Source: a virus (lineage: Duplodnaviria > Caudoviricetes). From it: a stretch of 43,513 nucleotides of DNA. The DNA lies in the IMG/VR virus record IMGVR_UViG_3300011403_000019, positions 1 to 43,513 of that record, one strand, 5' to 3'. Every line of letters begins with the position of its first letter. Position 1 is the stretch's first letter. Positions 36,232-43,513 of the stretch are shown in pieces. Both the position numbers and the translations under genes were made by a program. Under the pieces are notes generated by a model. That model was not told the DNA's origin and did not search any database. It saw nothing but the letters and a program-made list of their open reading frames with translations.

Positions 36232-38556
36232 TCACGCCGCAGCACCGCTCTGCATCTGTTGTATCATCTGCGTAGCAATATCAGCTACACTCTTACCGCG
36301 TGCTAGCTGCACACCGAGCGACTGCTTCATTTCAGGAGGCAAGCCGTCAATAAGCCCCGCCACTTGTTGCACAATTTGTGCTATGTCGTCAATCTGCGGT
36401 CCTGATTGTCCACCGCCCTGTTGTGGTGCACCACCTGCGCCGCCTTGACCACGTTGTGCTTGCATCTTTGCTAGCATCAACTCCTTCATGCGGTCTTGTC
36501 CTTGCTGCGCCTCTTGTCCTTGCTGTGCTTCCTCTTGCACTTGTGCAGGCTCAGGTGCGCTAGCTTCTTTCATAATGCCTTTGTAGATAAGCTCCCAATC
36601 ATCTTGACTAATCACAACGTTGTCGAACGCTTGCGCGAGAACCTTGAGGGCAACAACAGCAGCGATAGGTGTAGCGCGAGTAAATTGTCCGATGATTTGA
36701 CTAATTTGTAGCGCTTGCTCTTTCTTGGCGCGTGATGTCGGTTTGAGCGTGCTGCCGCCAACGACGCGCGGCGTGAATGTCTGCCTGATACTCTGCGCAT
36801 CCATCTGTTCCCAATCGGCAGCGAACTTCTCACCTAGTATTACAGCTACTTCTTCTCTTTTCATAAATTGCATACACATCTGCGCCGTAAGCCATAGAAC
36901 AGTGCCAACGCTATCCTCGATAGCATCCATCTTCTCGTCAGCACGTGTTTGTATCTGCGACTCATAGCTCTCGATAGCTTTGTTCGTGGTGTTTGTCTTG
37001 TATTCGACACCACGTTGAACACTCGCAACTCCTGATAAGCGATCAATCGCTTCAAGCACTGGCTTCTTGTCGAAGAACTTGATTGCTTCAGCAGAAGGTG
37101 GAAGTAGAGGTCCAAGTATGTCTGCAATCTTCTTACCTTCTGGTAAATCTACACCAAGTGTGTTCGTGTCTAGCGTACCAGCGATGAGGCTCTCAAGCAT
37201 ACTGCCGTCTTTGACTGCATTCTTGTCGAATACTACTTTACCAGCCGCAAACTTTCGTACCTTGGCCCATTCATTGTTAATGATGTTGATATCGTCTTGT
37301 TGGTCAAGGTAGTAAGTAACTTCGCCCTTGGCGTACATGGTAATAGGGTCAGTATGAAACTCCATCGGCACGACGCTAAAGAACTGGTCGAGAGCGTATG
37401 GATCATCCCACACCCACAGAGGATAGCACCAGTCATTGCAGTTGTAGAGTTCAACGCGGCGCGTAACTTTGTCCCAAACATAGACCACCTTTGTCATCTG
37501 CGCTGCTAGGAATGACTGCTGATCTGAGTATCCGTACTTCGCATACTCGCTAGTAGAGTAGCTAAACAGTTGGAAGTTGTCTGTCTGACCACGTTCACCT
37601 TGGTCGGGAGATACGCCAGCTTTGATGACGTTAGTAGGTGAGAATACGCTTTCCCACTCATCGCTATCTGGCTTCTTACGACCGTAACGCGCGCGTAGTA
37701 GTGACGTGTACATAAGGTCTTCAATCATCACCCAATTGCACGCACCGCTAAGGTCTAAGTCGGTAGCTGTAGGATCAACAATGATCTGATCTGGTCTACG
37801 TACCTTGCACCACGGACCTGATGGCGTGAGCATGTCAATTGTTTGCTCTAACGCGAGTAGCTTGCCTTCAATGTCTTTGATGACTTTCTGACTATCAGCT
37901 TTCTCTAGCTCTAAGCTGAGCTTCTGCACTTCCTCTAGTGCAGCTTCACTAGATTGCTCGCGCATCGTATAGCCTACTTCAAACCAACCGATGTTGGTGA
38001 GTGATGTGCTAACGATATTGCGCTTCACCTTGCGCTTGAGGTTCAAACCCGGTGATGTCTTCTTAGCAGCTAGTGTATTAACTAGCCGCTCTACAACACG
38101 AGCCTTCTGTTCGTCTTCTTTATCTTCGCATGAGAACTCAGCGTCGGGGTTCTTCGTAAATAGCAGTGGTACGAGTGCGCTGACATTCGCAAACACAATA
38201 TTCTCTGTACTATCAAAGCTACCTGTAAGGGACTTCGCACCTGTCGTGTTGTCTTCACCACTAGGGTTCCCGTTGTGACGTGTGTGATCGTGTCGGTAGT
38301 AACGATATGCTTCATTCCACGCTTCGACACTCTTGCCCATAGCACTCTTACCCTGATCGTAGCGACTACGCCACAATGGGCCACGATGCTTGCTGACAGG
38401 TATCTTGCTCTCACCTATAACACGGTACATAGGCGAGTCATCAACCATAGCTTCAGCAGGTTTCATCACACCTTCATAAGATGTGAACTCACTGCTGTCT
38501 GCGGCAGGCTCAGCCTTGCGGTTGTATTCTTCACCTGCATCATATTCACTAGCCAT
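36232..38556 (-). CDS. Portal protein
   Basis: ~770 aa directly after TerL; helical core and Gln-rich C-terminal tail. Confidence 0.8.
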   Translation of the reverse strand: MASEYDAGEEYNRKAEPAADSSEFTSYEGVMKPAEAMVDDSPMYRVIGESKIPVSKHRGPLWRSRYDQGKSAMGKSVEAWNEAYRYYRHDHTRHNGNPSGEDNTTGAKSLTGSFDSTENIVFANVSALVPLLFTKNPDAEFSCEDKEDEQKARVVERLVNTLAAKKTSPGLNLKRKVKRNIVSTSLTNIGWFEVGYTMREQSSEAALEEVQKLSLELEKADSQKVIKDIEGKLLALEQTIDMLTPSGPWCKVRRPDQIIVDPTATDLDLSGACNWVMIEDLMYTSLLRARYGRKKPDSDEWESVFSPTNVIKAGVSPDQGERGQTDNFQLFSYSTSEYAKYGYSDQQSFLAAQMTKVVYVWDKVTRRVELYNCNDWCYPLWVWDDPYALDQFFSVVPMEFHTDPITMYAKGEVTYYLDQQDDINIINNEWAKVRKFAAGKVVFDKNAVKDGSMLESLIAGTLDTNTLGVDLPEGKKIADILGPLLPPSAEAIKFFDKKPVLEAIDRLSGVASVQRGVEYKTNTTNKAIESYESQIQTRADEKMDAIEDSVGTVLWLTAQMCMQFMKREEVAVILGEKFAADWEQMDAQSIRQTFTPRVVGGSTLKPTSRAKKEQALQISQIIGQFTRATPIAAVVALKVLAQAFDNVVISQDDWELIYKGIMKEASAPEPAQVQEEAQQGQEAQQGQDRMKELMLAKMQAQRGQGGAGGAPQQGGGQSGPQIDDIAQIVQQVAGLIDGLPPEMKQSLGVQLARGKSVADIATQMIQQMQSGAAA

Positions 38557-40147
38557 ATCTGTGGCCCCTTGGATTTGCAGCCTTCTTATCATGTTCCTGC
38601 CACAGCATCCAGCTAGGAACACGCTCGTTCTCTGGTGTTACGTATCTACCGATGTCGGGCATGTCAGAGAGTAAGTAGCGGGTGGTGTCCATTGCATGGT
38701 CGTTTCGATCCATCGGCTTGTCGATACGTTCACCTGACGTAGACTGTTGCCAGAAATACCCTGTGCACTCATCCATCCACCAATCAAGCTTTGCATTGCA
38801 GAACAGACGTGGTGATGATGCAGTTCGTGTGATTGGATGGAGGAGTCGATAATTAATGTTAAGGTAACCTCCAACTTTAACAATTCCGTTCGTGATGTCA
38901 TTGTTACCTCGCTTCATGTAGATGCCATCATCCTTAAACATGTCAGCGATGGTCTTACCTACTGTACGTTTGTGCACTGTCTTGCGACCGAAGATACTAG
39001 GGTCAGCTTGTATCTTGTGCATCTCATCTACTTCGACATTCCATTCACCGCGTATACGTCGTATAGCTGCAATCTGTCTGTCGAGTGTCATTTCCTTCTC
39101 ATAGAAACCGTCGCATATGACAACGTGACCTTCAGGTGTTACGAATGCTAGTATGTAGCATGACTGCTGCGCTTGTCCGTAGTCGTAACCTTCTATCCAG
39201 TTCGGGTGATAATGTGTTTCGTGATAACCATCAAGTAGTGTTGTGATGTGGCCCTCTTGCAGCATGTGTACGCTGCTATCGTACTGCGGGTACACCAAGC
39301 CTTCATAGGCCACCCATTTGCCCAATAGGAAGCGGTCGCGCTGTTGACCACTGTACATCGTTTCGAGGGTTTGGATAAAGTCGCCACCCTCAGCTTCATG
39401 TACGTGACGCAGTTCATAGGTGCTACCTTCTATGACTTCGATGAGTAGCTGCGGTTTACCGTTGTCATCTAGCACAGGCTTACGGTCTACGTCACGCACG
39501 CATATGAGGTCATCTGTAATGTAGCCACCAGCTTTGTATTGTACGATAGGACGTACTAATTTCGTGTATACCCAATTGCCTGTAGGATTGCATGTGAGCA
39601 TCATCCAACGAGGACCAGTGACAGGCATAGTAGGATCATCGCCAGTGTAACGCGCTCTACCGCGCAATCGACCGAATAAGTCAAGGAAGTCCTTGTGTGT
39701 TATCTCTGGGTCTTCCACTTGATCCACTATCACCCAATCGAATGTAGCGGAGAGCAAATTTGATGAACTGCTTTCTGTCTTCGTACCTTGTTGCGCTATA
39801 TACCTGAAGTAGATGGTTGTACCGTTCTTCAGGTGGCAGATGTTGTCTCCGTTCTGCCCAACTGCGAATGACACGATCCACGTCGGGGGGCACCATTTAA
39901 GGAACTCCTTACGTATAGTGTCGTTTAGCTTAGGATACGTCGAGCGCGATATAAGACCAGTGCTACCCGGATACACGTCAGCAAGCTGGATGGCCTTAAT
40001 AACCGCAGCAGTAGTCTTGCCGTTACCGAAGCCTCCACCATAGATTTGTACCTTAGCTTTGCTATGCAAGAAGCGATCCTGCAAGCTGCCTTCTTTAAGC
40101 AGTAGCTCAGGACGTTCTACTAGTGCGTTGTTACGCGGTCGTGCCAC
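38549..40147 (-). CDS. terL: Terminase large subunit
   Basis: GGFGNGKT Walker A, VIVDQVED Walker B variant, LTCNP coupling motif, GYDYG and DHAMDTTRY nuclease motifs. Confidence 0.92.
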   Translation of the reverse strand: MARPRNNALVERPELLLKEGSLQDRFLHSKAKVQIYGGGFGNGKTTAAVIKAIQLADVYPGSTGLISRSTYPKLNDTIRKEFLKWCPPTWIVSFAVGQNGDNICHLKNGTTIYFRYIAQQGTKTESSSSNLLSATFDWVIVDQVEDPEITHKDFLDLFGRLRGRARYTGDDPTMPVTGPRWMMLTCNPTGNWVYTKLVRPIVQYKAGGYITDDLICVRDVDRKPVLDDNGKPQLLIEVIEGSTYELRHVHEAEGGDFIQTLETMYSGQQRDRFLLGKWVAYEGLVYPQYDSSVHMLQEGHITTLLDGYHETHYHPNWIEGYDYGQAQQSCYILAFVTPEGHVVICDGFYEKEMTLDRQIAAIRRIRGEWNVEVDEMHKIQADPSIFGRKTVHKRTVGKTIADMFKDDGIYMKRGNNDITNGIVKVGGYLNINYRLLHPITRTASSPRLFCNAKLDWWMDECTGYFWQQSTSGERIDKPMDRNDHAMDTTRYLLSDMPDIGRYVTPENERVPSWMLWQEHDKKAANPRGHRYG

Positions 40148-40385
40148 TTACTAGTTCCCACTTGTTCTGTCCAGCAGCTAGTGCGCGGTATATCTTGTTT
40201 GTGTTCCAATCAACGTAGATTTGATTAGCGAACTCTGCTACTTGAGTAGGAACGGCTGTCCCTGCTGCTATAGCTATACAGTATGGGTAATCACCGTTAC
40301 CTAGCTCTGGTAGCCAATGTCCCATGTATCCGACAAAACCATTAGCACGAATACCTTGACCGTCTTTGTTTCCTACCATAGCCAT
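40131..40385 (-). CDS. Small protein, paralog A
   Basis: MAMVGNKDGQGIRA...NQIY; AGGAG RBS. Confidence 0.7.
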   Translation of the reverse strand: MAMVGNKDGQGIRANGFVGYMGHWLPELGNGDYPYCIAIAAGTAVPTQVAEFANQIYVDWNTNKIYRALAAGQNKWELVSGTTA

Positions 40386-40396
40386 TGTTGTTTCTC

Positions 40397-40648
40397 CTAA
40401 AGCTCACCGAGTTCGTACCAAATACCATCCCAATACGATACGCATCGGTACTTTATACCTGTTGTTGTGTTCAAGTATATCTGATTGACATACTGCGGCA
40501 TAACACTGCCTACGAATGGTGAGACTGTGCCGAACATAGTAGGCATTTCGTGGCTACCATCTATGTCGGATGGGAGTGTGCTTTCAACATCGAAAGCTGG
40601 GGGAGCAGCCCTAATACCTTGACCGTCTTTGTTAGGTACAATCGCCAT
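40397..40648 (-). CDS. Small protein, paralog B
   Basis: MAIVPNKDGQGIRA...NQIY; GGAG RBS. Confidence 0.7.
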   Translation of the reverse strand: MAIVPNKDGQGIRAAPPAFDVESTLPSDIDGSHEMPTMFGTVSPFVGSVMPQYVNQIYLNTTTGIKYRCVSYWDGIWYELGEL

Positions 40649-40650
40649 AG

Positions 40651-41304
40651 CTACTTCTCCACTACCTGCGATGTTATATCACGTGCGTCGATGTCTACAG
40701 TAGGCATGTGCTTAGGTTGTGCGATCTCACGAATATGACGAATGACTAGGCCACCTTCCATCGAGTGACGATGTTCCATCACTTGTTTAGGTGAGAAGCC
40801 TCCGCGGTCTAGCATGTTCATCGCGATGCGAGCTTTAGTAGCTGGCCGCGTGTCTTCATGCTCCATCATATCTTCAAGCGTGTTGAGTGCGTCAGCAGAT
40901 AGCGAGTCAATGCGCTTCTGCACACTATCAGCTTGCAATGCTGCTATATTATCTTTGATTAGATGATCTAGCTGACCGAATAGCTGTAGACCTTTAATCA
41001 TGTCTACTTGTGAAATCTTCAACCCTGTAGCTTCAGCTATCTCAGCGTCATTGATACCAAGGTTGAAATACAGCCACACTATTCCAGCGGTAGTGATTGC
41101 TTTACTATCAGCGGGTAAGTCAACAAGACCACGGCGCACAGCACGATTATTGCGATCACGACCTCGTACAGTAGCTTCTTGAGTGGTCTGCTTCGTACGC
41201 TTGGTCTGCTGTTGTATAACTGCCTCTGGCGACGTGCTTGGTAGCATCGCTTGGCCCGTTGCAGTATCAATGACAAGACCATTAGCGAGAGGGAGGTCCG
41301 GCAT
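40651..41304 (-). CDS. Putative terminase small subunit (HTH)
   Basis: HTH-like INDAEIAEATGLKISQV, helical ALNTL...MLDRGG; upstream of TerL. Confidence 0.6.
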   Translation of the reverse strand: MPDLPLANGLVIDTATGQAMLPSTSPEAVIQQQTKRTKQTTQEATVRGRDRNNRAVRRGLVDLPADSKAITTAGIVWLYFNLGINDAEIAEATGLKISQVDMIKGLQLFGQLDHLIKDNIAALQADSVQKRIDSLSADALNTLEDMMEHEDTRPATKARIAMNMLDRGGFSPKQVMEHRHSMEGGLVIRHIREIAQPKHMPTVDIDARDITSQVVEK

Positions 41305-41590
41305 TTGCTTTCTTCTGTGTTTTAGGTGCGCCACCCTGCTTACGGAATATCTCAGTGATCATCGCTTGCTGTGGGTTGCTACTCTTAGGCTGTCGGTTGA
41401 CAGGAATAGCTGGGCGTTGCTGTCTACCAGCCTGCTTACCAGTTGGTACAGGTGCGTTAGGATTACCTACAGCAGACTGCATCATCTGTGCGCTGATAAG
41501 ATCATCAATAGGGTTGTTGCTCTGTTGAGGCATACCCTGCGGTTTAGGAGGCATACCACGTGGAGGCATACCCGGTGGCATCATTGGCAT
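41282..41590 (-). CDS. Pro/Gln/Met-rich disordered protein
   Basis: GAGGA RBS, low complexity. Confidence 0.55.
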   Translation of the reverse strand: MPMMPPGMPPRGMPPKPQGMPQQSNNPIDDLISAQMMQSAVGNPNAPVPTGKQAGRQQRPAIPVNRQPKSSNPQQAMITEIFRKQGGAPKTQKKANAGPPSR

Positions 41591-41594
41591 AGTG

Positions 41595-41897
41595 CTATTC
41601 CTCATCTACAGGTTCAGGGTCAGCAGCTTCAGCTTCCATGTTCTCCATTTCAGCTTCATCGTCTGTCTCAGGAGGAACGCCAGCTTGTTTACTAGCGGCA
41701 TCGTCCATCCACTGACCCACTTCATCTACGTCACTCTTATCTAGACCTAGATGCTTTAGTACTTCAGCAATAGCCTGTGGTGGTAGCTGTTGCATGACAG
41801 CAGGATTTTGGTTGATCTGCTGTATGAAGGCATCCATTTCAGGAGTGCCTGCTACTGGTAGCTGTTGACCAGCTTCACCCCTTGATGGTTGTTCCAT
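41595..41897 (-). CDS. Acidic hypothetical protein
   Basis: ATG abuts upstream stop; Glu/Asp-rich tail. Confidence 0.6.
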   Translation of the reverse strand: MEQPSRGEAGQQLPVAGTPEMDAFIQQINQNPAVMQQLPPQAIAEVLKHLGLDKSDVDEVGQWMDDAASKQAGVPPETDDEAEMENMEAEAADPEPVDEE

Positions 41898-42287
41898 TTA
41901 CTTGTTCACCGTATTGAGGAAGCCACCACCGCTGTTGCCTGACTTCTCAACAGGATACGGGTTAGGTGCCCATGTCGGTGTCATCTGTGCTTGGAAGGCT
42001 TCTTTCTCAGTGATAGTAGTAGCGTGGAGCGGTACAACTACATACGTAGCAATAGGCCGCACACCACCCAAGTTCAAACCATCAGCTTGTACAGCTTGCA
42101 CCTGCTTGATGCTGAGATCGGTGTTAGCACCTACGCCGTTAGCGAGTGCACGAGCTACTTCGCCAAAGTGTTGACCACCTACTGAGTTGGTGAGACGAGC
42201 TACACTACGCATCGTAGCGGTTGCTTGATTGATAAGTGCATGAGGTGCACCGAATACGTTATTCCATCCGCCTTGCCATGCTGGCAT
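41898..42287 (-). CDS. First gene of the structural arm, hypothetical
   Basis: AAGGGAG RBS, 129 aa. Confidence 0.7.
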   Translation of the reverse strand: MPAWQGGWNNVFGAPHALINQATATMRSVARLTNSVGGQHFGEVARALANGVGANTDLSIKQVQAVQADGLNLGGVRPIATYVVVPLHATTITEKEAFQAQMTPTWAPNPYPVEKSGNSGGGFLNTVNK

Positions 42288-42453
42288 GATGCTATCTCCC
42301 TTGCGTCATGTAGTGGGAACCTATAATACACTGATGCATACTTTAGCCGAAATGTCAATAGATACATTCGGTTATACAATGTATACGCATCTATACTAGG
42401 ACGGGGACGCTAGTCCCCGATTGCGACTTCCCCTCCCGTTAAACTACATGTGA

Positions 42454-42482
42454 CTTGCATGTGATTTAGTTTGTGCTATACT
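42454..42482 (+). promoter_or_regulatory. Promoter family copy 4
   Basis: cTTGCAT-16 nt-TATACT with TGn. Confidence 0.7.
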
Positions 42483-42488
42483 ATATAC

Positions 42489-42603
42489 ACTGCACGCATG
42501 TAATGTACCAAGACTGCCACTGCATGTGTGTAGTAGTCTACTTGACATGGTAGCTCCTACTTACGCCTCTAGTAGTATAACAACTACTAGGGGCGTATTT
42601 TTT
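42489..42603 (+). ncRNA. Candidate ~115-nt small RNA
   Basis: Bracketed by promoter 42454-42482 and terminator 42562-42603; 14-bp 5' stem 42489-42502/42521-42534. Confidence 0.5.
42562..42603 (+). terminator. Rho-independent terminator
   Basis: 15-bp stem TACGCCTCTAGTAGT/ACTACTAGGGGCGTA followed by TTTTTT. Confidence 0.8.
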
Positions 42604-42628
42604 ATATGTGGTATAGACTAGAGTACTA

Positions 42629-43035
42629 CACATATAGCGCGTTTGGGTTTTTCTCATACGCATAAACACTCATAAATACACACGCAGGGGCTTGAGACAG
42701 TGCTCATCCTCCAGCTCACACGCACTGCTATGCTCCGCGTTTGGGAATTGCCGGGGGAGTGTCTCGCTGCAACACATGTAGTATAGCAGCAACACGCTAT
42801 ATGCAGGGGCGAAGCGGCCTCGCACCCACTACATATAGCCTATGTCACCATGCTATATGTGGTGTGTAGTAGGTTGGCACGCTTGCTGTTTATACGTTGT
42901 ATAGCTGTTAGCTCCGCTTTAATTGGCCTGTTATGCGTGCGCTATATGTGCAAGCTATTGATATGATTGCAGTATCTTTGCGCGGTAGTGCTACACATAT
43001 GCACACAACGCACGCTGATATGCACCACATATAGC
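42629..43035. repeat. CACATATAGC decamer cluster (iteron-like)
   Basis: Forward at 42629 and 43026 (also 156); reverse at 42852 and 42941; 1-mismatch copy at 42830. Confidence 0.65.
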
Positions 43036-43071
43036 GGCTTACATGCGCACCTTGCCACTAGGTTTAGTAAG

Positions 43072-43100
43072 CTTGCATCTGATTTATAAACTGATATTCT
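43072..43100 (+). promoter_or_regulatory. Promoter family copy 5
   Basis: cTTGCAT-16 nt-TATTCT with TGn; overlapped by inverted repeat ATCTGATTTA/TAAATCAGAT. Confidence 0.6.
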
Positions 43101-43295
43101 AGCTAAATCAGATTGACGGCTATCCCGCTGGGCGCAATCCCTACCGGTCGTATTGCAGGGTGTCTGATAGCTAGCCTCACTAACGATACGTGCAAAGGGT
43201 GTGCACGTGTGCGGGCTAGCGTACGAAAGAGCGGCAATGCTGCGGCATTGTGCGCTGCGTATCTCACATCAAACCCAAACAAAGGAAATGTTACC

Positions 43296-43513
43296 ATGTC
43301 AAAGTCTAACTCTAACCTGTTCGCTGATATGCTGCGCATCGCCAACAATAAAACCGATTATGACAGTGGCCCGGTTTATCTGGTTCATGCTCATTACTCG
43401 GAGCTAGCAGAGCTAGTCGCACTGCTTGCTAAGCGTGGCGAACAAAGCGTACGTGCATGCGTGCTGGAGTATTGGTCCGAACGTACGCCCGATGGAAAGG
43501 CGTTTGAAGCGGA
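43296..43513 (+). CDS. Early gene truncated by the window end (MSKSNSNLFADMLRIANNK...)
   Basis: AAAGGA RBS at 43281; frame open to the last base; absent from ORF track because it has no stop. Confidence 0.65.
   Translation, partial: MSKSNSNLFADMLRIANNKTDYDSGPVYLVHAHYSELAELVALLAKRGEQSVRACVLEYWSERTPDGKAFEA

Larger units (their letters stand above)
2..42903. repeat. Dispersed 13-bp palindromic box TATAC-N3-GTATA (at least 22 perfect copies)
   Basis: Starts at 2, 227, 413, 940, 1714, 2808, 3550, 4644, 5916, 6683, 7180, 7560, 8734, 10239, 14146, 18458, 23183, 24992, 29567, 39053, 42373, 42891. Ten copies are exactly TATACAACGTATA or its reverse complement. Confidence 0.95.

Noticed and set aside
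42542-42580. TTGACA at 42542 as a + strand promoter
   Set aside because: No -10 hexamer at 16-18 nt spacing
1-43513. Stop-codon reassignment suggested by TAG/CTAG abundance
   Set aside because: Long genes are intact under the standard code and several end in TAG followed by the next RBS

Overview
Near-complete genome of a tailed dsDNA phage with podovirus-like architecture. Apparent GANTC depletion hints at an alphaproteobacterial host. The left arm (+ strand, ~440-14159) holds early genes, including a DUF932-like protein, a permuted GHKL ATPase/zincin and an HNH nuclease. It then carries a Cas4-like/Sak4-like/SSB-like recombination module, a RecD-like helicase and a UDG-like/family A polymerase fusion. 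The right arm (- strand, 14160-42287) runs TerS, TerL, portal, scaffold, capsid, tail adaptor and nozzle, tail fibre, small membrane genes, a GNAT and internal (ejection) proteins. A ~1 kb control region lies at 42288-43295, and an ORF runs off the right edge, so the window ends do not join. I could not recognise a primase, RNA polymerase, integrase, repressor or stand-alone endolysin. The strongest unexplained signal is at least 22 perfect copies of the palindrome TATAC-N3-GTATA. They are dense in the early arm, occur inside coding sequences, abut RBSs and promoters, and one sits exactly where the two arms converge. Other highlights: a conserved promoter family, a ~115-nt promoter-to-terminator sRNA candidate, a PolA with His at the 762-equivalent position, and strong avoidance of A/T homopolymers. 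All family assignments come from motif recognition by eye; no database searches were run.
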